A DNA stretch of 64,000 nucleotides, taken from contig CALDDL010000012.1 in assembly GCA_937936675.1 (NCBI GenBank), positions 2,670 through 66,669 on the forward strand, read 5' to 3'. Positions 20,387-30,057 of this stretch are shown here, piece by piece (the first letter of the stretch is position 1; each line of letters opens with the position of its first letter). The notes beneath the pieces were generated by a model. That model saw nothing but the letters and a program-made list of their open reading frames with translations. It did no database searches and was not told the DNA's origin. The position numbers and the translations under genes are program-made. The DNA comes from an uncultured bacterium (GTDB lineage: Bacteria > Bacteroidota > Ignavibacteria > Ignavibacteriales > Melioribacteraceae).

Positions 20387-21483
20387 TTATTATAGACTAT
20401 ATTTTTATAAATATTTAAGGAATTCAAAACTGCTTGATCGATATTAAAGTATTTATACTCTCCTAATCTTCCTGCGAAATGAATGTTTTTATACTTTTTC
20501 GATAATCGAACATATTTTCTAAATTTTTCCAGATTATTTTTATCTCGTAATGGATAGCAAGCTTCTCCATTATCAGCAGGATATTCATAGCTAATTGTTG
20601 TTGAATCCGATTTCTGTCCGGTCATATATTTATATTCACTAATGCGTGTGTAATTATTTTTTAGCTCGGGATAATTTATAACAGCGACGTCTTGAAAAAA
20701 TTGAACAGGTATATTTTTTAAACGAATCTTAAGTGAACGATAGAATAATTCTCCGTAAGTGAAATCAAAGTATTCATCAATCTTACCAGTAAATATTAAT
20801 CTATTAAATGAAATATTATTTACAATTTTGGAATAATCTGTGTTGAGTAATAGTTCGATTTTTTTACTAGAGACCATTCGATTAAACATTTCTGAATATC
20901 CTTGCGCAGGCATAATCTGATATTTATCAGAAAAGTAATATTCATTATTATTTAATCTTATTGGTATTCGAGAGCAAATTGATTTCGGCAATTCAGAAGG
21001 ATACTTACCCCATTGTTTGTAACTATAATTTTTATAAAATGCTTCATATAGTTCCTTAGGTATTCGGTTTAGTAGATATTCCTCCGAATTATTTTCTTGC
21101 TTAAAATTCAAGACCGAAGAGATGAGAAACTTTTTTACTTCATTTATATTATTGAGTTTACATCCATAGAACTTATTTATTGTATCTCTATTAATCGGGA
21201 AATGGTATAATTTCCCTTGATAATTAATTTTAACTTTATGGTTATATGGGGTCCAAAGTGTGAAAAGTGAGAGGTATCTTTTTACTTCGATATTATTTGT
21301 GTGAAATATATGCGGGCCATATTTATGGATCAAAATATTATGAGAATCATAATAATCATAGCAGTTGCCTCCCAAATGATTTCTTTTATCAATTAGCAAA
21401 ACAGAAGCTCCCCTATCATTTGCGAGCCGCTCTGCCAGTGAAATCCCCGATATACCCGCCCCCACTATTAAATAATCATACAT
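20383..21483 (-). CDS. glf: UDP-galactopyranose mutase
   Basis: 366 aa. YDYLIVGAGISGISLAERLA is an FAD-binding fold. GGNCYD and GPHIFHTNN are Glf hallmarks. Confidence 0.93.
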   Translation of the reverse strand: MYDYLIVGAGISGISLAERLANDRGASVLLIDKRNHLGGNCYDYYDSHNILIHKYGPHIFHTNNIEVKRYLSLFTLWTPYNHKVKINYQGKLYHFPINRDTINKFYGCKLNNINEVKKFLISSVLNFKQENNSEEYLLNRIPKELYEAFYKNYSYKQWGKYPSELPKSICSRIPIRLNNNEYYFSDKYQIMPAQGYSEMFNRMVSSKKIELLLNTDYSKIVNNISFNRLIFTGKIDEYFDFTYGELFYRSLKIRLKNIPVQFFQDVAVINYPELKNNYTRISEYKYMTGQKSDSTTISYEYPADNGEACYPLRDKNNLEKFRKYVRLSKKYKNIHFAGRLGEYKYFNIDQAVLNSLNIYKNIVYNK

Positions 21484-22720
21484 CAGTTACTATTCTCCGT
21501 TTATAAATAATAAATAACATAATGAGTGAAATAAATGATTCAGTAATTAGGACTGAATATGCAGCACCAAAAACCGAGAGCAATGGAATTAAAATTAATA
21601 GTAAAGAGATATTTAATATTCCTCCGCACCAGATTATTTTATTAAATATTTTAGTCATTTCTAAATTTAGCATAATTTGTATTCCAAGAATATTGCTCAC
21701 AAACACTGTAAATGGAATAAAGCAAATTATCTCAAATACTTTTATCGCCGGATAATAATTTTTTCCTGCAATCAGATGAATTATATTTTCCGAAAATAAA
21801 TAGGCAATTATCGTAAGCAACAAAACTAATGAAGCTCCGATATACATAAAGAGTAAAAGTTCATTTATCGTTTTTTCTTTTTCGATTTTTATATTTCTGG
21901 ATACTTGCGGAAAAAGCGATTGCCCAATAATTGTAACCCCGCTCTGGAAAGCCAATCTAATTTTATCGGCGGCATTAAAAATTCCGACCATAGTATTATT
22001 TGTAATTATTCCCAATAAAAGATTATTAGATGCAGTATATAGAGTTATTGCCCCTATACCTTTATATATTTTGAAACTATCAAATAATTCACTTTGAATT
22101 TCTTTTAACCGTGGAAGGATTATTTTAATTCGATAATGCCGAATGATAAATATTGTACTGATAGTCATAGTCATAAAAGATGAGAACAAATTTATTTGCA
22201 TTAATTCAATAACTGAATTGTCGTCTATAACTATACTGAAAATTAGTATAATAGATATTATTCTTATAGGGGCAATTATGAAAGTAGAATAATGCGTTAG
22301 TTCTTTCCCTAATAAAAACCATGTGGGATAGAGCGAATTATTGATAGCTATAAAAACTGAATATATTATAACAATAAGTAGTAAATACGATATATTCAAA
22401 AAGAATAAGATCAGTGATAATATAATAAGCGATAAAACCGAAGATATTAATTTTACGAATTGTACCGTGGAGAACAATTTTGATATGTAAGATAAATCAT
22501 TAGTGATGGCAATTTTTTGATTGGCTGAATAATTAAATCCAAGGTCAATGAAATTCGCGAAATAGCTCGCTATCGCAGTAGAAAATATAACAAGCCCATA
22601 ATTTTTTGGACCAAGAGTTTGAAGTAGATAAGGGAAGGTTATAAGTGGAGCTAAATAATTAATTAATTGTAGAGAAGTAAGAGACGTGAAACTACGGAAT
22701 AAAATTCTGTAATTAAACAA
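21476..22720 (-). CDS. wzx: Oligosaccharide/polysaccharide flippase (Wzx, MOP superfamily)
   Basis: 414 aa and highly hydrophobic, with about 12 predicted TM segments. The N-terminus is typical of polysaccharide biosynthesis (Wzx) proteins. It overlaps glf by 8 nt. Confidence 0.8.
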   Translation of the reverse strand: MFNYRILFRSFTSLTSLQLINYLAPLITFPYLLQTLGPKNYGLVIFSTAIASYFANFIDLGFNYSANQKIAITNDLSYISKLFSTVQFVKLISSVLSLIILSLILFFLNISYLLLIVIIYSVFIAINNSLYPTWFLLGKELTHYSTFIIAPIRIISIILIFSIVIDDNSVIELMQINLFSSFMTMTISTIFIIRHYRIKIILPRLKEIQSELFDSFKIYKGIGAITLYTASNNLLLGIITNNTMVGIFNAADKIRLAFQSGVTIIGQSLFPQVSRNIKIEKEKTINELLLFMYIGASLVLLLTIIAYLFSENIIHLIAGKNYYPAIKVFEIICFIPFTVFVSNILGIQIMLNLEMTKIFNKIIWCGGILNISLLLILIPLLSVFGAAYSVLITESFISLIMLFIIYKRRIVTDV

Positions 22721-22724
22721 TTAA

Positions 22725-23933
22725 TTACCTACGAACTAACCACACTTCCGGATTCTGGAAATTTCGTTCATTCCAAATTTCGAAATGGAGAATTTTTCCT
22801 TCTAAACTTTCACTTATAGAGCCTAATATATCTCCTCCTTTTACTTTATCTCCTTCTCTTACCTTTATATCTTTAATATGCCCATAAACAGTTCTAAATT
22901 CATTTTTATGAGTAATTATGAGTACAGTACCAAAGCCGGGGATATAATCTATGACAGACACGATACCTTCGCCGACATTATAAATATTGTCATCTCCTTT
23001 AACATTAATATCAATACCGTAATTGAGGGTTACCGTATTCAATCTTTCATTTTTAATTTCGCCGAATTTACGAACGATTTTCCCGTCTCGTATAGGCCAA
23101 AGAAGTCTTCCCTTAAGCTGTCCAAATTCAGCGAGATTAGCATAATCATAATTATAATTAACTACCGGTTTGCCTTCTGCTTTTTTCTCTAATAATTTTG
23201 ATTTCCTTTCTCGTTCTTTCTCTATTAGTTTTGAAATCAAATTCTTGATTTCAATTTCTGCTTTTCTTTTTTCGTCTATTTCTTCAGAGATAGCAACTTG
23301 ATTTTTTTTCAATTTTGCAATTAATTCTTTCCTGTCGTTTTCTTTTTCGACCAGCGTTCCCTGTTCTAATTTTTTCTGATTTACCAAAAATTCTTTCTCA
23401 TCATATTCTGAGTGAAGCTTCGATTTTAATGATGCTAATTCCTTTCGATTATTTTTTAGATTCTCAATTGTTTTCTCATTACTCTCAGATATATATTGTA
23501 GGTATCTGATACGCATTACAGCCTGATTTAGAGAGGAAGAACTCAAGAGAAATTTGAATGGAGAAGAACCGATATTCTGATAAACCCAAACCAAATATTT
23601 AGAATATTTCTCACGCATTAAAGAAATTCTTTTTTCAATTATTGCAATTCGATTCTCAATACCTTTTATTTCTTTTAATTTAAGTTTTTCTTCACTTATG
23701 AGTGTATTAATTACTTTATTTAAGAGGAGATTCTGTTTGGAAATTTTTTGAAGTGCATTGAGCGATTCTTTTTCTTTACTGCTGATCGAACGCAATTCTC
23801 TTTCTAAGGATACTATATCGTTGCGGAGTTGATTTAGCTCCTTATTCTTTACTGCCACACTATCTTTGCCTTGACCAAATAGTACAGCAGAAATTAAAAC
23901 TGTTATTAAAAATAATTTTTTAATTATTTCCAT
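22725..23933 (-). CDS. Murein hydrolase activator EnvC-like (coiled coil + degenerate LytM/M23 domain)
   Basis: Signal peptide and a long coiled coil. The C-terminal LytM domain has NYGIDI in place of H-x-G-x-D and ILHFEIW in place of HLHFE, so metal ligands are partly lost, as in EnvC-type activators. Confidence 0.85.
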   Translation of the reverse strand: MEIIKKLFLITVLISAVLFGQGKDSVAVKNKELNQLRNDIVSLERELRSISSKEKESLNALQKISKQNLLLNKVINTLISEEKLKLKEIKGIENRIAIIEKRISLMREKYSKYLVWVYQNIGSSPFKFLLSSSSLNQAVMRIRYLQYISESNEKTIENLKNNRKELASLKSKLHSEYDEKEFLVNQKKLEQGTLVEKENDRKELIAKLKKNQVAISEEIDEKRKAEIEIKNLISKLIEKERERKSKLLEKKAEGKPVVNYNYDYANLAEFGQLKGRLLWPIRDGKIVRKFGEIKNERLNTVTLNYGIDINVKGDDNIYNVGEGIVSVIDYIPGFGTVLIITHKNEFRTVYGHIKDIKVREGDKVKGGDILGSISESLEGKILHFEIWNERNFQNPEVWLVRR

Positions 23934-24715
23934 TCAATTTTTTCTACATCAGAAGGTAGTTTTATAGTTAAATCAGGTAATTCATTATTTACGGTCATAG
24001 TTCTATAATTTATTTTGAGTCTCTGATCGCTAATAGGATAATTCAAATCAATAGTAGAAGGAAGCTGAACCGAATTAAACTCTCGAAACATACTATAATT
24101 ACCTTCTAAAATACCTTCACCATTCTGACTAGTAATTCGATATTCTCTTATGGCAAGATTTCCTTTATTAGCGATGTATAGTTCTTCTTTTTTTGTGATC
24201 GGGTCTTTATAGATAAATGAGAAAAGATCGCTTGTTACTTCAAAACGATCAGGTTTTAATTGTAATTTATCTGAAAAATTAATTGAGCCTACTAATCCAT
24301 TAGTTAAATCATCAAGCTCTATATCTATTTTCAATAATTTTTTTATTATTCCTTTTTTTACTTTTCCATAATAAAGTTGATTATTCATAACATCAAAATA
24401 TTGGAAATTGTTTTCTGCTATTAAAATCTGTGCGAGATCGATTCCAAAAGGACCGAATAATGATATTTTTAATGAATCGGGTTTTTTAACCAGTACTTCG
24501 ATATTACTTGTAGCATTTATGGCATCAGTCCTAATAGTTATCGAACCTACACCTCGGAATGTCCTTATGTTTCTTCTGTTCGATTCCAACCTTCTCATTA
24601 ATCTATCGGTTGACATACTTGCTTCGGGTGAGCTTTGCTGTTCAGGAACACATGCAACCATAAATAATAACATTGCGAAATAAAGCATAATTCTTCTTAT
24701 TGAAAAAATTTTCAC
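23924..24715 (-). CDS. Lipoprotein, DUF4292/LolB-like (by size, lipobox and conserved neighbourhood)
   Basis: Lipobox LFMVAC. About 260 aa. It sits between a TPR lipoprotein and the M23/EnvC-like gene, with 4-nt and 10-nt overlaps, an arrangement I recall as conserved in Bacteroidota. No diagnostic motif was verified. Confidence 0.5.
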   Translation of the reverse strand: MKIFSIRRIMLYFAMLLFMVACVPEQQSSPEASMSTDRLMRRLESNRRNIRTFRGVGSITIRTDAINATSNIEVLVKKPDSLKISLFGPFGIDLAQILIAENNFQYFDVMNNQLYYGKVKKGIIKKLLKIDIELDDLTNGLVGSINFSDKLQLKPDRFEVTSDLFSFIYKDPITKKEELYIANKGNLAIREYRITSQNGEGILEGNYSMFREFNSVQLPSTIDLNYPISDQRLKINYRTMTVNNELPDLTIKLPSDVEKIEWK

Positions 24716-26508
24716 AATTCTCCTTTTTCAATTTTTGTTTTCAAATTCTCTAAATTTGGATCGAGTTCAAAAGCATTTTTCCAATACTCCATTGCCTTTT
24801 TCCTATTACCTTTCTTATAATAAACATCACCGAGATGATCCAATAATGTAGCGTTATTCTTATCTTTTTCAATTGCTTTTTTAATATAAAACTCAGCCTC
24901 TTTATAGTTCCCGATTTTGAAATAAATCCAACCTAATGTATCAAGATAGGAAGGATTTTCAGGTTCTATCTCTACCGTTTTGCGGGACATCTCCAATGAT
25001 TCATCCAATTTTATTCCTCGATTTGAAAGCGAATAAGCATAGTTATTCATTATAAGAATATTTTCAGCATCTAAAGATAATGCTTTTTGATACAAAGAAT
25101 CTGAAATCGCAAACTCATTTCGATTTTCATAAATCATTGCAAGAACGCTTAATGATTGAAGGTCATCAGGGGCTATTATCAATGCTTTCTTGAGATAAAT
25201 AATAGCTTCATCATCTTTCTTTAATTGGTTAAGAGTAAATCCGTATGCTGAAAGAGCCATCAAATCATTTGGATTAATTTTAACGGCATTAAGAAGATAC
25301 TTACTCGCCGCCTCCGGATCACTTGCTTGAGATAAACTTAATCCATAGATAAGGTTAATTGCATAATCATTTGGGAATTTATCGGCTACATCTTTCATCA
25401 AATCAATTACTTGAATATAATGACCGGAATCAAAAAGGAGACCGCCAAGTCTAACCCATAATTGAGGATTCCAATTTGCTAATTTAGCAGCATCCTTAAA
25501 ATACTCTATCGCCAAAGAGTCTTTTTTCTTTTGTATTAAAATTTCGCCGATATATGCCGGGACTTCCCAATCAACCGAATCAGTCTTTATTTTGGAAAGT
25601 ATATTAAAAGCATAGTCAAGATTAGTGCTATCCTTTTGGGCAAGTCCAAAAAATCTCTGACCTATTTCGATTTTTTTTTGATTAGAAACTTCAATGCTTT
25701 CAGCTAGCTTATAAAATAATTGAGCCGCCTCTTTATATTTATCTGATTTAAGATATAGTTCGCCTTTATAATTAATCAAATCCATATCATCCGGATAGCT
25801 TATCATTGCCTCTTCAATCTGATAAAAAGCTTTATCAACATTATCGCTTTTTATATATGCTTGAATTAGCATCTTTCTAAGCTCAAGACTTGAAGGATTG
25901 ATATCCAATAAATCTTCAATAGTATTTATAGTCTCTTTAATATTACCGAGTCGTTCATTAATATCTGCAATCTTTATTAAAACGCTCCATTCAGGACCAA
26001 TCATATCGATTACTTTTTTATAAAGTTTCAAAGACTCCGAAGGCTTGGTTACTTCTAACTGCTCAGCCAAATTAAAATAGCCGCCTGAATCGTTAGAATC
26101 TATTTTGATTATATTCTCATAACAAATAACAGCAGAATCATTTTGATTACTATTAGAAAATATAGCACCTAATAAATAAAGGTAATCTTTATTAAGTGAA
26201 TCAAGAGCTACTGCTTTTTTAGAATTAAGAAGTGCCAAATCTAATCGATTGAGATGAAAATATGATTTTGCTAAACTATAATAAATCCCGGCACTTGGGT
26301 CATATTTAACGGCTTCAGAATATTCCCGTACCGCTTGATCATATTTATCTTGCAAATCATAAGTATTGCCTTGAATAAACCGCTCCATTGCATATCTTTT
26401 AAAATCTCTAGGGATGAATTGTTTTTCACTTTCATTTTTTACTGTTTCATTCTCTATCGAGCAGGCAGTAAGAATTATAATTAATATTAATGATACAAAT
26501 TTTCGCAT
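24712..26508 (-). CDS. Tetratricopeptide-repeat lipoprotein
   Basis: The preferred start is the internal Met (MRKFVSLILIIILTACS lipobox). There are many TPR-like repeats (A..Y..A......P....YY.LG...). Confidence 0.85.
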   Translation of the reverse strand: MRKFVSLILIIILTACSIENETVKNESEKQFIPRDFKRYAMERFIQGNTYDLQDKYDQAVREYSEAVKYDPSAGIYYSLAKSYFHLNRLDLALLNSKKAVALDSLNKDYLYLLGAIFSNSNQNDSAVICYENIIKIDSNDSGGYFNLAEQLEVTKPSESLKLYKKVIDMIGPEWSVLIKIADINERLGNIKETINTIEDLLDINPSSLELRKMLIQAYIKSDNVDKAFYQIEEAMISYPDDMDLINYKGELYLKSDKYKEAAQLFYKLAESIEVSNQKKIEIGQRFFGLAQKDSTNLDYAFNILSKIKTDSVDWEVPAYIGEILIQKKKDSLAIEYFKDAAKLANWNPQLWVRLGGLLFDSGHYIQVIDLMKDVADKFPNDYAINLIYGLSLSQASDPEAASKYLLNAVKINPNDLMALSAYGFTLNQLKKDDEAIIYLKKALIIAPDDLQSLSVLAMIYENRNEFAISDSLYQKALSLDAENILIMNNYAYSLSNRGIKLDESLEMSRKTVEIEPENPSYLDTLGWIYFKIGNYKEAEFYIKKAIEKDKNNATLLDHLGDVYYKKGNRKKAMEYWKNAFELDPNLENLKTKIEKGEL

Positions 26509-26620
26509 CGTAACCTTTATTTTGAAGCAAAAAATACCTTTATTGATTTTTAATAACAAGCTAAAAAAATTGAACTATACTTACTATTTCAATATCTTTA
26601 GACTAACCAAAAATTAAAAA

Positions 26621-27523
26621 ATGAAAAATTACAATTTAGCAATATCATTCCAATGGATATTCGATATTGATTTTATCGAAATGACCGAAAATATCTTTCA
26701 GCAAGATGGATTAACTACGTTCATTATTGGTAAATATAATATCACTGAAGTTACGGAAGATATTCGCAATAGGAAAATTTCATTTGATTTTTATTTAGAT
26801 CGAGCCTCAGATGTTGATTCAGATTTTGAACCATTAGTTAAGCTACTCGAAAAAAGAAAAACATACTTAATAAATCCGTACTCAAAAGTAAAAAAAGCAA
26901 TCGTCAAATCAGAAATGCACGATAGATTAATAGCACAAGGTCATAGCGTCCCGGATACAATAATTTTGAAACCTTTTGACCATACACCGATACTCCCATT
27001 AAGTAATGAAGACTTATCAAATATCGGAATACCATTCGTTATTAAACCATCTTTTTATACCGGTGGCGGAGATGGAGTAGTAGTGGATGCACAGTCATTA
27101 CACCAAGTGCATGAAGCTCGACTTCAATTCACTGATGATCACTTTTTAGTTCAAAGAAAAATCTTCCCAAAAATTTTTAATGGAAGAAGAGCATGGTTCA
27201 GAGTTTTTTATGCTTTCGGAAAAGTAATACCGGTATGGTGGGATGATACTACTCATATTTATCACTCTTTTAAACCGCATGAAATAAAAGAATTAAAACT
27301 CGATCAATTGCAAAAAATCGTATCAAAGATAGCAAAGATTGTCGATCTTGATTATTTCTCAACAGAGATTGCACTTACCGAAAATGATGAGTTCATATTA
27401 ATCGATTATGTAAATGATCAATGTGATATGCGTCTGAAGAAACATCATTATGACGGAGTGCCGGATGATGTGGTTCAGAAATTTATTTTATCGATGAAAT
27501 CTTTTATAAAAAAACATCAATAG
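26621..27523 (+). CDS. ATP-grasp-like domain protein (function unknown)
   Basis: IPFVIKPSFYTGGGDGVVV and the distal STEIALTENDEFILIDYVNDQCD resemble ATP-grasp nucleotide-binding and Mg-binding strands. This is a weak call made by eye. Confidence 0.45.
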   Translation: MKNYNLAISFQWIFDIDFIEMTENIFQQDGLTTFIIGKYNITEVTEDIRNRKISFDFYLDRASDVDSDFEPLVKLLEKRKTYLINPYSKVKKAIVKSEMHDRLIAQGHSVPDTIILKPFDHTPILPLSNEDLSNIGIPFVIKPSFYTGGGDGVVVDAQSLHQVHEARLQFTDDHFLVQRKIFPKIFNGRRAWFRVFYAFGKVIPVWWDDTTHIYHSFKPHEIKELKLDQLQKIVSKIAKIVDLDYFSTEIALTENDEFILIDYVNDQCDMRLKKHHYDGVPDDVVQKFILSMKSFIKKHQ

Positions 27524-28362
27524 TTCATATCCTCTTCGATAGTGTTTAGTATAGTCAAATAACTTTCATATCTATCGATAGATATTTCTCCTTTTTCCAA
27601 AGCTTCTAAAACAGCGCATCCCGGTTCATGGTTATGGGTACATCGATTAAACTTACACTCGTTTAAATATTCCTGAAACTCAACAAAATAGTGAGATAGG
27701 TCTTCTTCAGTTAAGCCATAAGGATCAATCTCCCTAATTCCCGGAGTATCTATGATAAAAGTATCGGCATCTACTTTATGCATAACGCTCGTTACAGTTG
27801 TATGCTTTCCCTTCGATGTATAATCACTAACCTCGCCAATCTTTAAATTCAATTCAGGAAATAAATAATTTAGAATAGAGGACTTTCCAACACCTGAATT
27901 TCCCCAGAAAAGATTTTTCTTATCTTTAATTTCCTCTGCTAATCTATCAAGACCAATATTAGAAACAGTGCTTGTAAGAATAACTTTATAACCGATAGAA
28001 GAATAAAGGTCTCGCCATAATTCCACTTCTCCCGGATCCGTCAAATCAATTTTATTTAATACAATTACGGAGGGTATATGAGAACTTTCTGATGACACTA
28101 AAAATCGGTCTAAAGTTTTATTATTAAATCGAGGCATGTCCGATGAAGTGATAATAACGTTTTGATCAATATTAGCTGCAATTACTTGTTCTAGTCTTTC
28201 TCCTCGAGTACTTGCACCTTTCATACGAGGAGCTTTTCTAGAAATATAATTTTCTCTTTCTTCAATGTAATTTATTACTCCTGTCCCATCTTGATTTAAT
28301 TCATATTCCACATAATCTCCGACAGTTGCAATATCTAACTTAAAAAGTTTCCCCCTTTTCAA
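27517..28362 (-). CDS. rsgA: Ribosome small-subunit-dependent GTPase A
   Basis: Circularly permuted GTPase motifs LNKIDL, then GNSGVGKSS, then DTPG. C-terminal zinc motif CKFNRCTHNHEPGC. The track start is a TTG. The OB-fold N-terminus appears to lie further upstream (see finding), so the true 5' end is probably near 28470-28481. Confidence 0.85.
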   Translation of the reverse strand: MKRGKLFKLDIATVGDYVEYELNQDGTGVINYIEERENYISRKAPRMKGASTRGERLEQVIAANIDQNVIITSSDMPRFNNKTLDRFLVSSESSHIPSVIVLNKIDLTDPGEVELWRDLYSSIGYKVILTSTVSNIGLDRLAEEIKDKKNLFWGNSGVGKSSILNYLFPELNLKIGEVSDYTSKGKHTTVTSVMHKVDADTFIIDTPGIREIDPYGLTEEDLSHYFVEFQEYLNECKFNRCTHNHEPGCAVLEALEKGEISIDRYESYLTILNTIEEDMNY

Positions 28363-28483
28363 ATTAAAATCTTTTTGGAATTTGCCCCTGAGCGAACATC
28401 GAATAATTTCGTAATTATCATCAAAAAGAAAATAGTCTTTACTTTCTACTCTTGAAACTAAACCTCTAATATTACCTCCATAT

Positions 28484-28517
28484 AAAAAAAAAGCGGTTCA
28501 TATAAAATAAACCGCTT
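28484..28517 (-). terminator. Rho-independent terminator of the FadL/PorV-like OMP gene
   Basis: 8-bp stem AAGCGGTT (28491-28498) / AACCGCTT (28510-28517) with an 11-nt loop, followed on the minus strand by a run of 7 T. Confidence 0.7.
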
Positions 28518-28540
28518 TAGGAGTGTTGTCAATATAGGAA

Positions 28541-29977
28541 TCAAAATTTGAATGATACCGTAAACATTAAATTATTGACAGAAACTTCCTGAAAAGTTCT
28601 TGATAAGTTAGAGCCATAATTATCTCCAAAATCATTCCACCAGCCATGTGCATAAGCAATATTAATAGATAAGTTTTTATCAGTAGCAAATCCAATACCG
28701 GCAGTAACATATTTTTTATCGAAATCGCTTTGATCGCCTTTAAAAGCAGATGGGTAATACATGAACCCGCCTCTTAGTGCAATTCCGGTATAAGGTATTT
28801 TATATTCCATACCTAAATTAAAATTAGTAACACTTTGCAAAAGATCTTTGATATCCAAGTTTTTATCTTTCATTGCTCTTTCGCCTAATCCATCGGTAAA
28901 TTCCATTTGAGTATAATCAATTATTTTTGCATCACCGCTTAGAGTCAGGTCTTGATAATGAATTGCAGCACCTAAATAAAATTCAAATGGTGTTGTAATT
29001 TCGTATTGTATTGCTGTCTCATAAGGCGGATCTAAATAATAATTAGCATTGGTGAAAAAGCTTTCGGCATCTTCTCTATAAACTTCTTTTATTGTATAAT
29101 TTCTTGGAAATTTGATAGAAGCACCTAAATTCACAAGGTCATTGGCTTTATAAAGGATTCCTAGTTGTGCATCATAACCACTCAAGTCCCATGTAAGTAT
29201 ATCGTTATAATAAAAACTTTCGAAACCTCGTGTAAATTCATCCTCAGGGTCTAATGCCAAATCATTTCCGTAATTATCCTTTGTATCAATTTCATTATAT
29301 TCTCGGTTCTTTGTGTATTCACCACTAATAATATTAAGAGAACCACCGATAAATAAATTCTTTTGAACTTCAATAGCACCGGCGAAACTCCAAGCACTTA
29401 TATCCCCTTCTTGAAGAATCGTTCCGCTCTGATTTAGTTTTCCATTTATTCTTGTTTCATCTCCTGCATAATCTGCACCATTATATGTGGGGTAACTTAA
29501 TCCCAGTTCATAGGCAATATCATCATTATAAGAAACCATATCCTGAATCATTGAATTATTAGCACTATTATAACCATCGAACTTAATTACTCTATTAAAA
29601 TCTTTGTATCTATTGTATCCTAGCGCAAAAACTAAACTACCTTGATATGTAGGAAAAGGGAAAACAAATCCAAATTGATTAAAACCTGTATTACCATTAT
29701 CATAGGTGGTAGTATTTTTAAACAATTCCGTTGATGTCGATTGATTGTTATAATTAAGAGAAGCATCGAGCTGCAATTTTTTTATTAAACCTAATCCGGC
29801 AGGATTGAATGCAATACCGGAAAAATCATTGCTTAATGCTGTATAAGCATTACCCATTCCAAGGGCTCGCGCTCCTGATAATATTCCATGTTCAGTCAAT
29901 CTTAAAGCATCATTATAGTTCTGTGCATTTATTGACACAGAAGCCAAAACCAAAATTAGAACTATTAATTTTTTCAT
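28541..29977 (-). CDS. Outer-membrane beta-barrel protein, FadL/PorV-like
   Basis: Signal peptide MKKLIVLILVLASVSINAQ. The N-terminal plug-like motif GARALGMGNAYTALSNDFSGIAFNPAGLG is typical of FadL/TodX/PorV-type barrels. The C-terminus ends ...TVSFKF (aromatic). Confidence 0.6.
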   Translation of the reverse strand: MKKLIVLILVLASVSINAQNYNDALRLTEHGILSGARALGMGNAYTALSNDFSGIAFNPAGLGLIKKLQLDASLNYNNQSTSTELFKNTTTYDNGNTGFNQFGFVFPFPTYQGSLVFALGYNRYKDFNRVIKFDGYNSANNSMIQDMVSYNDDIAYELGLSYPTYNGADYAGDETRINGKLNQSGTILQEGDISAWSFAGAIEVQKNLFIGGSLNIISGEYTKNREYNEIDTKDNYGNDLALDPEDEFTRGFESFYYNDILTWDLSGYDAQLGILYKANDLVNLGASIKFPRNYTIKEVYREDAESFFTNANYYLDPPYETAIQYEITTPFEFYLGAAIHYQDLTLSGDAKIIDYTQMEFTDGLGERAMKDKNLDIKDLLQSVTNFNLGMEYKIPYTGIALRGGFMYYPSAFKGDQSDFDKKYVTAGIGFATDKNLSINIAYAHGWWNDFGDNYGSNLSRTFQEVSVNNLMFTVSFKF

Positions 29978-30057
29978 AATCGTACCTTTATTTTAATTAC
30001 CTGAATAAGCTATTAATACTTACTCTACAATTTTTTTACAAGCTTATAACAGATTTA

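Noticed and set aside
22878-23192. The 104-aa + strand ORF opposite the EnvC-like gene. Similar small ORFs lie opposite lepA (7466-7750), ileS (39715-41515), nrdJ (44597-47551), the TPR gene (26414-26617), mdh (61608-62331) and others.
   Set aside because: All are nested in long CDSs with clear family motifs on the other strand or frame. None has an SD, a signal peptide or a recognisable motif.
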